From a virus (Duplodnaviria > Caudoviricetes): 64,000 nucleotides of DNA. The notes beneath the pieces are model-generated. The model was not told where the DNA came from. It saw only the letters and a program-made list of their open reading frames with translations, and made no database searches. A program made the position numbers and the translations under genes. Below, piece by piece: positions 31,404-40,511 of this stretch. Location: positions 50,785 through 114,784 of the IMG/VR virus record IMGVR_UViG_3300003962_000013, one strand, 5' to 3'. Position 1 is the first letter of the stretch. Every line of letters starts with the position of its first letter.

Positions 31404-32024
31404 TTATTTTTTATCATGTAGGTAATCAGTAAGTATTGTACCTATTGCACCTACCTTTTGTCTCAACATTATCCATTCATCTAAAGAAAATTTATGTTCA
31501 TTTTCATAAAATGAAATAATTAATGTACCTATAAAATTATTGTTTAAATCTTTTATTGCTATAACATAAAATGATTTAGTTTTATATTTTTTTCCCACAA
31601 CTTGAAATAAACCACAGTCTACAGCATTGTTGGAACATTTAGGAATAGCAATTTCACCTTCTTTATATAAAATAGAAAACATTTTTGGAAACAGGGATAC
31701 TGGGATATTTTGGAAGGTAGATTTTATTGATTGAGTATGTTCGGTTGTTTTTTCATAAAATATACTAAATTTTTTAATAGATTTTCCTGTTGGGTAAAAA
31801 TTACCACCATTATGGAATTGGACTATACTAATTCTATCACATTTTAATTCTTCCATTATTAATTCTAATTGGTGATCTACTTTTTCATCTGAAAAAATTG
31901 ATTCTCCTAATACATCTTTATTTTTCTTGATAAATTTATTCTTAGCCCATTCAACTGCTAATGGGCCAAGTAGTGCAGTTATTAATGCAACAAAGATAGT
32001 GATAAATCCTTGTATCAATTCCAT
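31404..32024 (-). CDS. Membrane protein with GAF-like domain (T4 holin T-like architecture)
   Basis: One N-terminal TM helix; CDRISIVQFHNG…KSFYVIAI…IGTLIISF. Confidence 0.5.
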   Translation of the reverse strand: MELIQGFITIFVALITALLGPLAVEWAKNKFIKKNKDVLGESIFSDEKVDHQLELIMEELKCDRISIVQFHNGGNFYPTGKSIKKFSIFYEKTTEHTQSIKSTFQNIPVSLFPKMFSILYKEGEIAIPKCSNNAVDCGLFQVVGKKYKTKSFYVIAIKDLNNNFIGTLIISFYENEHKFSLDEWIMLRQKVGAIGTILTDYLHDKK

Positions 32025-32026
32025 AA

Positions 32027-32596
32027 TTATTTTTTTAAGCTTTGTAAATATTTAATTGTTTCCTCTTTATTCTCTAATAATCTATTTTTTCCTGATCCTA
32101 ACCATGTTTCTATGTCTCCAGCTTCTGTGATGAAACTTTCATTTGAATCTAATGATAATTCATCCATCCAAGTACTGTAATCTTTTATTAGTGAATCTAT
32201 ATCTGAGTTAATTATATGTTTTTCATATTCTTCCCAAAGTCCTAATTTACGAATATCGGTTTCAAAATCTATCTGACAATTAAAACATCTATTGTATTGA
32301 ATGTAAAATAATTTATCATGTTTATTTTTCATTAAATTGGAGCAACAAGGGCAAAATAAAGGCATCAAAACAGAGTCTTTGGCTTTATCTAGTTTAGTAA
32401 TATTTTGTTTTATACCATTTTCAATAGTCCATGTACGATCGTTTTCTTCCCAAACATCTCCTTCCTCATGAAATTCTTGTTTTTTACTATACCCAATACC
32501 TGTCGTAGTTTTTTCTTGGGTATTACCCTTAACTAAATTACGAAGACGTTGAATATCTTTTTGTTTAAAGTCTTTTTTTAATACGTTTTCAGACAT
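32027..32596 (-). CDS. Hypothetical Zn-finger protein
   Basis: GDVWEE…WTI..GIKQ; CPCC…CFNC. Confidence 0.6.
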   Translation of the reverse strand: MSENVLKKDFKQKDIQRLRNLVKGNTQEKTTTGIGYSKKQEFHEEGDVWEENDRTWTIENGIKQNITKLDKAKDSVLMPLFCPCCSNLMKNKHDKLFYIQYNRCFNCQIDFETDIRKLGLWEEYEKHIINSDIDSLIKDYSTWMDELSLDSNESFITEAGDIETWLGSGKNRLLENKEETIKYLQSLKK

Positions 32597-32599
32597 ATA

Positions 32600-33358
32600 T
32601 TATTTTAATTTATCATTTATGAAATGAAAGAATGATGATTTAGTATGATCATTTCCTATTTGTGGGTATTCAGTTTTTAGAATATCATATATTTTAAAAG
32701 CTAAATCAGGTTTTAAAGTAAATAATGAATTTTCATTAAGTAATTCTTTAACTATATTACGTAATTCATTTTCATCAACCAACTTTTTTCCTAAAGAATA
32801 ATCTTTTCCTGATGTTAATCCTGCATTTGATAAAATAGATTCTAATTTAGATGTGGTAATAGATATATTGTCTGTAAAAAATTTTATGGCTTCTCTATCT
32901 TCTAATTTTTCCCATTTTAAATCTAATTTGGTTAGTGGTTTATCTATTGTTGAAGAAGCGTATTTTTTTACTATTTCATCATTTGATTTACTTTTTGGTG
33001 GAAAACCACTACTTTGAATTCCGGTGAATTTATCTCCAGTTTCTTTTTCTAATTGTTTATAAAATGGTTCACCGTATTTTTCTTTTTGAGCATCCAAAAG
33101 AGCTCTATTTTTCTTATTATTTGCAGGTATATTTTTATATCCGTATATATCTAATTCAATGTTTTCTAATTCAGATGATTTTTTAGTAAATACTTTAGTA
33201 TAGTTTTTAGGATCATTTAATATATCTATAATATCATTAATAGAATATTCACCTTTAGCTATTAAAACTAAATCTTTTTTTTCTCTAACATTACCTACAC
33301 CTGTTTCATCTTCAGATGAAGATTCTTGTTCTTTTAATTTATATTTAAATTTTGTCAT
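32600..33358 (-). CDS. Hypothetical protein
   Basis: 252 aa ORF coupled to its neighbours. Confidence 0.55.
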   Translation of the reverse strand: MTKFKYKLKEQESSSEDETGVGNVREKKDLVLIAKGEYSINDIIDILNDPKNYTKVFTKKSSELENIELDIYGYKNIPANNKKNRALLDAQKEKYGEPFYKQLEKETGDKFTGIQSSGFPPKSKSNDEIVKKYASSTIDKPLTKLDLKWEKLEDREAIKFFTDNISITTSKLESILSNAGLTSGKDYSLGKKLVDENELRNIVKELLNENSLFTLKPDLAFKIYDILKTEYPQIGNDHTKSSFFHFINDKLK

Positions 33359-33885
33359 AATCCAAGTTTTTTTAATTCATTTATTGTTTGTGTTGTGGAT
33401 GTAAATAAAATTCCTATTCCTCCTCTTCTATTCCATTCTTCAATAGTATCAATTCTATCGTCAATTAATATTTTATTTTTCCCAGCATAGTTTTGTTTTT
33501 TTTCTCTATTAGCTAAGTGGAGAATTGTTCCTGGTATATTTTCTGAAACCCATAATCTTTTTCCATATCTAGAAGATGCTTGTTTAGATGGAGCAGAAAG
33601 TAAAGATGGTTTGTATTTACTTATATATGACCAAAGTTGTTTACCTTCAGGCATCCATGGAATTTCAGACCAAAATTTATATCCTGCTTTATCTATTAAT
33701 TCCCAAAATTTATCCACTCCATATTTTATTTCATATGCTCGAGGACTCATTCCACCAAATTGTTCAAATCTTTTATCAAAATCACAAATTACACCATCCA
33801 TATCACAAAATATTATATATTTAGATAGTTGGGAAGCTTTTTCTTCTTCTTTAATTTGTTTGTATATAGTAGTTAATTTATACAT
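33355..33885 (-). CDS. HAD-family 5'(3')-deoxyribonucleotidase-like protein
   Basis: DMDGVICDF motif I; ILIDDR motif IV; W..RGGIGI. Confidence 0.85.
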   Translation of the reverse strand: MYKLTTIYKQIKEEEKASQLSKYIIFCDMDGVICDFDKRFEQFGGMSPRAYEIKYGVDKFWELIDKAGYKFWSEIPWMPEGKQLWSYISKYKPSLLSAPSKQASSRYGKRLWVSENIPGTILHLANREKKQNYAGKNKILIDDRIDTIEEWNRRGGIGILFTSTTQTINELKKLGL

Positions 33886-34994
33886 TATTTAGAAAACTGG
33901 GCTGATGGGTAATTTTTCTTAGTATAATCAGTCCATACAGCTATTATTTTATCAAATTGTTTTTGGGTTATCACTTCTGATTCTAAAAAATATTGAAGAT
34001 ATTCTTTAAATACTAAATCTAATGGTCTTTTTTCTGTTTTAGCCTGTCTATATAAACCACCAACCATTGCTGGGATTTCATCTTTTAAAGTAAAATATCT
34101 ATGAACTTTACTTGGGTCATGTTGAATTTCTCCTCTATAATGTGGAGATGTTGGTTTAGCTTTACCAGGAGTATAATTTGTACTAGTAGGATCTTGTAGT
34201 GTATGTTCTAATTCATGTCTAATAACATCCTGCAATTTGGAATTTAATTTAGTATACGATTCAGGTTCGTATAATGGGTTTAAATTTATTAAAACTTGAA
34301 TTTCATTAGATTTCTGATTAGCATCTACAGCCAATTGAAAATTATATTTAGGGTTTCTTTTTATAAATGTAGTTAGATAGAAAGTATATTTATCTAAATT
34401 AATTGTAGTTTTATATACATTTGATGGAGATTTTAGATCTTTAGATTTTTTAATATATTGCCAAATTTTATCTACAATTAATCCAGTAATTCTATCATAT
34501 TTACCTTCATTTATAGGTTGGGTTGAAGTGTTTTTAATTGAATCTTCCCAATTTCTAAAAATTATATTTCCTTTTAAATATGCTTCTTCTTCTAATTGTT
34601 GTAAATTACCATCCTCATTAGTATTATTGGTATTTATATTAGTTAATCTTCCTTCATTATCTTGAATTCTATGAATCATTTCATGAGAAAATGAACGTAA
34701 TATATCTTTAGGGTGTCTATTTAATGTATATAAAGTTATAGAACAATTATTTGGATCATAATGAGCAGTTTTACCTAAAATTTTATTAGCGTTTTCTAAA
34801 TCGTTGTTTTTAATTATTAATTTAGGTAAAGGAAATACATTAAGATTTTCATTAGCCATATATTGAACTAATGAAGCTAATGCTTTTTTGAAATCCATAG
34901 ATTTACCATCATCATTTGATAAATTTTCGTATAAAGAAATTACATCTTGATCAGAAAGAAGGCTTTCAGTCAATGAATTAATTAGGTGTTCCAT
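33885..34994 (-). CDS. Protein with two HExxH metallopeptidase-like domains
   Basis: RSFSHEMIH…EEEA and VIRHELEH…DEIPA. Confidence 0.6.
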   Translation of the reverse strand: MEHLINSLTESLLSDQDVISLYENLSNDDGKSMDFKKALASLVQYMANENLNVFPLPKLIIKNNDLENANKILGKTAHYDPNNCSITLYTLNRHPKDILRSFSHEMIHRIQDNEGRLTNINTNNTNEDGNLQQLEEEAYLKGNIIFRNWEDSIKNTSTQPINEGKYDRITGLIVDKIWQYIKKSKDLKSPSNVYKTTINLDKYTFYLTTFIKRNPKYNFQLAVDANQKSNEIQVLINLNPLYEPESYTKLNSKLQDVIRHELEHTLQDPTSTNYTPGKAKPTSPHYRGEIQHDPSKVHRYFTLKDEIPAMVGGLYRQAKTEKRPLDLVFKEYLQYFLESEVITQKQFDKIIAVWTDYTKKNYPSAQFSK

Positions 34995-35045
34995 GGAATT
35001 ATATATAATCTTAATCCTTTATAAATATTAGAAAATAATAAAAAA

Positions 35046-35837
35046 TTAATGAGATTTTAATTTAACAGATACAGGGAATTTATTAAATAATGGTTCATCA
35101 ACAGTATGTTCTAATTTATATAAATCATATATTTTATTAAATAAATCCCAATTTTCTTCAATACTACGAGGAGAAACATATATCTCCCAACCTTTTCCCT
35201 GAATACAAGATGGATCATTTGATGGTTTTTTCTTGTGAGATTTTAACCAAATTATCCCAGTATTGGTAATTTTTTCATCAAATGTCTCATTCCAACATAT
35301 AGCATATGCTGCTAATTGTAAATCATAAGATGTATGTAAATTGTTAGAAGTTTTAATATCTAATAACCATAATTTGCCTCTTAATCTAACCACCAAGTCA
35401 CAAGTTCCTGCTATCTTATGTTGATCTGAGAATAAATGAATTTCACTTTCTATTAATTCGGGTTTTTCTGTTTCCCAAAATTCAACAAATTTAAGAAACA
35501 TCTGCCAAACATTTAAAGAACAAGTAGCATTCCCGTATTCATCTAACCAATCAATTTGGTCACCTGTTAAGTATTTTTCGATTAAACTATGGGTTTGGGT
35601 ACCTTCATCTGCTGATTTTTTTGCTATATATTCGGCATTGTGACCTACATCTTTTAACCAATCTTCAAAAAATTTTCCTTTAGGGAAATATTGAAGGATA
35701 CTTGTTACTGATGGGTAATAAGATTCATTTCTTTTATAAAATCTATTATCTAAAAAATTAATTTGTTTCCCATCAGGATCTAATGCTAATATTCTAGTAA
35801 TATTTTTTTTGTGGATTGAGTGTCCTTTTTCTATCAT
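35046..35837 (-). CDS. PD-(D/E)xK exonuclease
   Basis: YPSVTSIL; GTQTH; AGTCDL; LDIKTS; LQLAAY. Confidence 0.85.
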   Translation of the reverse strand: MIEKGHSIHKKNITRILALDPDGKQINFLDNRFYKRNESYYPSVTSILQYFPKGKFFEDWLKDVGHNAEYIAKKSADEGTQTHSLIEKYLTGDQIDWLDEYGNATCSLNVWQMFLKFVEFWETEKPELIESEIHLFSDQHKIAGTCDLVVRLRGKLWLLDIKTSNNLHTSYDLQLAAYAICWNETFDEKITNTGIIWLKSHKKKPSNDPSCIQGKGWEIYVSPRSIEENWDLFNKIYDLYKLEHTVDEPLFNKFPVSVKLKSH

Positions 35838-36775
35838 GTTGTTTGAAATTTTTTCTCAAGTAATTTTGAGAATGTTAATGGTAAAGTATTTTGAATTAAA
35901 TTAGTAAAATTAACAAATCCCATATCACTAGGATCTTTTTCATTTAAATCAACTAAATAAACTTCTTTACCTTCGTTCATTAGTTGTTCACAAAAATTTA
36001 ATGCTTGTTTAATTGCATCTTTATCTAATGCTATATATATTTTTTTAACTGATGATGCTATGAGTTTTTTCATTAAACTAGGTTGAATCAATTTACCCAA
36101 AAGTGGAATAACATTGCGTTTAATTGCTATTGCGTCAAACATACCTTCACAAAGTGTAATAGGAGTATTCCAATTTATTAATAATTCTAATCCTATAATA
36201 TCTTTAGATATTGGAGGGTTTTTATATTTTAAAGAAGAATTTTTATTAAAATTTCTTGAAATAAAATAATTAAGATTTCCTTCACTATTATATGAAGGAA
36301 TTATAATCATATTAGAATATTCTCCAAATTCACAATATCCTATATTATATTTAATAATATCTTCCTTAGTAATATTTCTGGTTTTTAAATAATATAAAGC
36401 ATGTTTAGCTGTAAGATTATTTGTAGGAGGGTTTATTAATGAAGTAAATTCTTTTGGTAAAGATACTACTGAATTAATATATGATAATTCTGGGGAATCA
36501 GTTATTGAATTGGATTTTAATAATAATTTTAACTGATTTAATTTATCTGAGGATACTTCTAATTTTTTAAATAAAGGGAGTAATTTTTTACCTTTAAATC
36601 CACACACCCAACATTGATAAGGATTTTCTCCTTTATTATTAGTTGTTAATTGAATTTCTAGTTTTAATTTATGATGTTTACATTTAGGACAATGATAAGC
36701 TCTATTACCTCTAGAGGTAGACTTACCTGTTCCCAAAACTGAATCCATCAAATATATTAAGGCATTGTTATCCAT
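35834..36775 (-). CDS. DNA primase
   Basis: CPKC…CWVC Zn finger; LCEGMFDA and ALDKDA TOPRIM motifs; KDP. Confidence 0.9.
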   Translation of the reverse strand: MDNNALIYLMDSVLGTGKSTSRGNRAYHCPKCKHHKLKLEIQLTTNNKGENPYQCWVCGFKGKKLLPLFKKLEVSSDKLNQLKLLLKSNSITDSPELSYINSVVSLPKEFTSLINPPTNNLTAKHALYYLKTRNITKEDIIKYNIGYCEFGEYSNMIIIPSYNSEGNLNYFISRNFNKNSSLKYKNPPISKDIIGLELLINWNTPITLCEGMFDAIAIKRNVIPLLGKLIQPSLMKKLIASSVKKIYIALDKDAIKQALNFCEQLMNEGKEVYLVDLNEKDPSDMGFVNFTNLIQNTLPLTFSKLLEKKFQTT

Positions 36776-36810
36776 ATATTATGGATGATAATAAAAAAAT
36801 TAATAATCTC

Positions 36811-37707
36811 CTAATTTATATAACAAAAAGTATATCCTTTGTATGTTATATTATTTTTTAAAGATTTATTTATTAAAGTTTTAGATATTTTTAATAATTC
36901 ATATGCTTCTTGAACTCCTCTTTCAAAAACTTGATTTGTTTCTTTTAGAATTATTGGTTTGGAAGTTAAACCTTTTGATCTTTGTGTTCTTAAATCCCTA
37001 TGAGAGGTATCTATTTTTAATTTCTTATTCAAAATATATTTTACAGTAGCATGATCTAATCCTACTTGCTCTCCTATTTTTTGATGTGAAATATTTTCTT
37101 CAAAAAGTTTTTTTATAATATCTAAGGTTTCTCCATTCCATTTTTTACCTCTTAATTTATTAGAACCTCTTAATTTTTTAGGAATGATTTCATTTAGGAT
37201 TTCATAACCTATTTTATATTTTGAACATAATTGATCTAAATTAAGTCCACTATTATAATCTTCTAGAATAATTTTATCATCTATTTCTCTAATTTTTATC
37301 TTTTCATCAATTAAAACTTTTTCATTTAAAATATTTTTAGCATAAACATGCCCTATATGTTTGTTGTAACATAAAGGATTCAATAAATTGTGATTTTCAT
37401 ATATAAAATAATTTTCGTAATATGTTTGTTCAGATTTAGTTTTACATAATTGAATTATTGTCCTTTTAAAATTTTCTTTTCCATATTTTTTTATATCATC
37501 TAATAATATTTTAGAACTTCCCCAATATTCTTCCCAATCAGATTTTACTATTTTAATTTTGGAATTTTTTCTTGATTTTAATTTATGTCTTTTTTTAAAA
37601 GAAAATTGCTTTTTTCCAAAATAAAACATCCCATTAATTAAATTTTCAATTTTATATACAAAACCAAAATATTGGCTCTCATCAAATTCTTCTTTATATT
37701 CCCACAT
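36811..37707 (-). CDS. Seg-like GIY-YIG homing endonuclease
   Basis: FGFVYKIENLINGMFYFGKK…YWGSS…FKRTII; C-terminal HTH. Confidence 0.82.
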   Translation of the reverse strand: MWEYKEEFDESQYFGFVYKIENLINGMFYFGKKQFSFKKRHKLKSRKNSKIKIVKSDWEEYWGSSKILLDDIKKYGKENFKRTIIQLCKTKSEQTYYENYFIYENHNLLNPLCYNKHIGHVYAKNILNEKVLIDEKIKIREIDDKIILEDYNSGLNLDQLCSKYKIGYEILNEIIPKKLRGSNKLRGKKWNGETLDIIKKLFEENISHQKIGEQVGLDHATVKYILNKKLKIDTSHRDLRTQRSKGLTSKPIILKETNQVFERGVQEAYELLKISKTLINKSLKNNITYKGYTFCYIN

Positions 37708-37789
37708 AATTATTATTTTATTATAAATATTGGAAGAGGGAATTTTCTATAAAAAGACTTCTATAACTTTATTTTCGTATAACCACATT

Positions 37790-38791
37790 TTATCTATCTA
37801 TATTGATTAATATTGTTGTATCTGTTGTTGGAGAACAAGGTAATGGTTGTGCTAATTTACCTACAGCTAACAAATTTTGATTTTCATCGTATAAACCAAT
37901 TGTAGTGATATAAGGAGAAAAATATGATTCGGTTACGAAACCATATGGAATCCCATTTTTTTCTCCCGTACTTGTGCTTCCAGATATAGCTGTTGGATTT
38001 AATGTTAAATTAAATTCGTTTTCTCTTATAGTACATTTATATTGAGTTTCATAAATGGTATATGAACTAGAAAATGAACATGTAACATTAGATGAAGTGA
38101 TAAAATTTAATAATTCATCTGCGAATGTTGCACCCCCACCATATACTGCGTCTCCATATAATGCGGTTCCATAAATAGAACCACTAATACTATATGATTG
38201 AGAATTACCTGTTATAACAACTAATCCATGGGGGTAAAATATATTTCCTACTATAGTACTATTATACAAAATATTTCCTTCACCATCATCAGTTAAGCTT
38301 CCACTTTCTGTGGTTAGTTGAAATGAAGTAGGTTGAATATAATCACCAAATAATCTAACAGGTATTGATATTACACCTATTGTATTATTAGAACCAGTTG
38401 GAAAAAATTTTGGGTATGATAATGTAGTTTGAGGGTAATTATAATATGCTTGATTTGAAGCAGATCCTACTAATGTATTTCCTTCACTATTTGCTCCAGG
38501 AATAAGAATTGGTCTGCTGACTGGATCACCATAACTAGAGCTAAGATAATTAGAATAATATAATTCTTTAATTGAATTATAAACTAGTCTTTGATATTGG
38601 GTTCCTAATTGTCCTGTAGTTGGATCTGAGTTAGGGTCAAATAATGACGTAGTTACATTCTTACCTAATAATCTATCAATTCCTACATTAGAGCTAGTTA
38701 AAGCGCTTTCCCCATAAAAGGTAAATCCTTTATTTACCTCAAATGGAGTAACTATTATATCTGATGTGAGAAGTTGCTTGTAAGCGCTCAT
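37790..38791 (-). CDS. Baseplate/tail structural protein
   Basis: DDGEGN…VGNIFY; C-terminal YITTIGLYDENQNLLAVGKLAQP. Confidence 0.6.
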   Translation of the reverse strand: MSAYKQLLTSDIIVTPFEVNKGFTFYGESALTSSNVGIDRLLGKNVTTSLFDPNSDPTTGQLGTQYQRLVYNSIKELYYSNYLSSSYGDPVSRPILIPGANSEGNTLVGSASNQAYYNYPQTTLSYPKFFPTGSNNTIGVISIPVRLFGDYIQPTSFQLTTESGSLTDDGEGNILYNSTIVGNIFYPHGLVVITGNSQSYSISGSIYGTALYGDAVYGGGATFADELLNFITSSNVTCSFSSSYTIYETQYKCTIRENEFNLTLNPTAISGSTSTGEKNGIPYGFVTESYFSPYITTIGLYDENQNLLAVGKLAQPLPCSPTTDTTILINIDR

Positions 38792-38796
38792 CCATT

Positions 38797-39804
38797 TTAG
38801 AAATCTAATTTAACTCTTACTAAAGCTTCTTTTGTAAAATCTTTTAATAATGGTCTTGAAAGTTTAGCTACTGCTAATAATTCATTTGTATCGTTATATA
38901 AACCAATAGTTGTTATATATGTTTGTGGAGAGTTAATAAATGAATTATATAATACTTCTCCAGTACTTCCCGAGATGAAACTTGGGTTTTCAGAATAATT
39001 AAATTCAGCATTTCTAGCTCTTACAAATATGTAATCTGAAGATATAGTTTCTTGGCTATTTAAATAAAATGATTTGGCAGAAGCTCCATTTAATGCATCA
39101 TACAATTTTCTATAATTTAAACCATCTGAATTTGATGATTGACTTGGAGTTAAAGCAATTGAAGCACTTAATGCTTTTGGATTTAAAATAATAGTTCCTA
39201 TATCTGGAAGTAACCAACCATATGAACCTGATGGGCTATATCCTGTTGAATATAATCCAGTATATACTGTTCCTTGAGAACCACTAACTAATTGATATAC
39301 TCTACCAGCATCATTAAATATTACTGAAGAAGCTACTTGGCTATCATCAGTTAAAGTAAGGGTTCCTGTACTTCCTGATATCCTTAATGCTAATGAACCT
39401 GGAAATAAACTTTCTTTGTAACGAGTTCTATCAACTGAAATAACCCAGAAATCTGATGAGGTGTATTCTCCAAAAACAAAATCTGTATTTTCATCTCCTA
39501 TTACTAGGTTTTGATATTGACCATATGTTGTTTTAGTTGGAGAAGCTCCATTAACTGAACTATTATAAAGAGAACTTCCACTACCATATTTGTTACCATA
39601 TGCTATTGCAAATTGAATAGCTGCTGCTGGTAAAGTAGAAGCTGTTTGGTAAATATTTAAGTAAAAATCTCCAGAAGAACCTGCTTCTTGAGTTGATGAA
39701 GTATATATAGTATTTAATGCTACTGCTCCTCCTGACCATAGAGTTGAGGTGATTGAGTCAGAGCTTACTACGAAATCTTCGGGTGAAAAACGGTTAAAAG
39801 ACAT
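38797..39804 (-). CDS. Baseplate/tail structural protein (paralogue of the previous gene)
   Basis: C-terminal YITTIGLYNDTNELLAVAKLSRP. Confidence 0.6.
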   Translation of the reverse strand: MSFNRFSPEDFVVSSDSITSTLWSGGAVALNTIYTSSTQEAGSSGDFYLNIYQTASTLPAAAIQFAIAYGNKYGSGSSLYNSSVNGASPTKTTYGQYQNLVIGDENTDFVFGEYTSSDFWVISVDRTRYKESLFPGSLALRISGSTGTLTLTDDSQVASSVIFNDAGRVYQLVSGSQGTVYTGLYSTGYSPSGSYGWLLPDIGTIILNPKALSASIALTPSQSSNSDGLNYRKLYDALNGASAKSFYLNSQETISSDYIFVRARNAEFNYSENPSFISGSTGEVLYNSFINSPQTYITTIGLYNDTNELLAVAKLSRPLLKDFTKEALVRVKLDF

Positions 39805-39813
39805 GTTCTATAT

Positions 39814-40467
39814 TTAAGATATTTTTGTTACTGTTACTGGGATTGTTAAACGAGCACCACTGTCTCTACCTTCTACAGTTAATGTAGCTTGTAATTGAGT
39901 ATTTGCACCAAATAAAGTATTTATTGTAGTTGCTCTTATGTTGATTGTAGTTCCAACAACTGTTTTAGAAACATTTGTTCCTAATGTAGTTGTAGTATTT
40001 AATGCTTGAGCAGCAGGTGTATTTACACCTACCCCTTCAAATGTACTAAATAATCTAACATCTGAAATAGTTGCTGTGTATCCACTAGATTCGAAAGTAT
40101 TTCCTCCAAAATAATTTAATGTTTGAGGAGTAATAGCTAATGAAGCACCTTGTTTAATTACTATTGCTGAGTAACCTAAATCTAAAATTGGTAATTTAGC
40201 TGTACCTCTAGGGAGAGTAACTAATTTAGATTTCATGATTTGGGTTTCTTGAGGAAAAGCTTCTAACAATGGCATATTTTGAATAGCTTCACCATAATAA
40301 GCAGAACCAGATGGGTGATTTGGATTATATAATGTATAATTTATTTCATCATCTGATAAGGCAAATTGAGTGATTTTGAATGAACCATCATTTTTTGCTA
40401 ATAATTGTCTTCCTTTTGTAGTTAGAATTGCATCTACTGTTACGACAGTATTATTTAAATATCCCAT
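39814..40467 (-). CDS. Baseplate/tail structural protein
   Basis: DAILTTKGRQLLA…ITQFALSDDEINY. Confidence 0.6.
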   Translation of the reverse strand: MGYLNNTVVTVDAILTTKGRQLLAKNDGSFKITQFALSDDEINYTLYNPNHPSGSAYYGEAIQNMPLLEAFPQETQIMKSKLVTLPRGTAKLPILDLGYSAIVIKQGASLAITPQTLNYFGGNTFESSGYTATISDVRLFSTFEGVGVNTPAAQALNTTTTLGTNVSKTVVGTTINIRATTINTLFGANTQLQATLTVEGRDSGARLTIPVTVTKIS

Positions 40468-40511
40468 TATTTTATTTTATTTATTTATAAATATTATTAA
40501 ATTATATTTTT

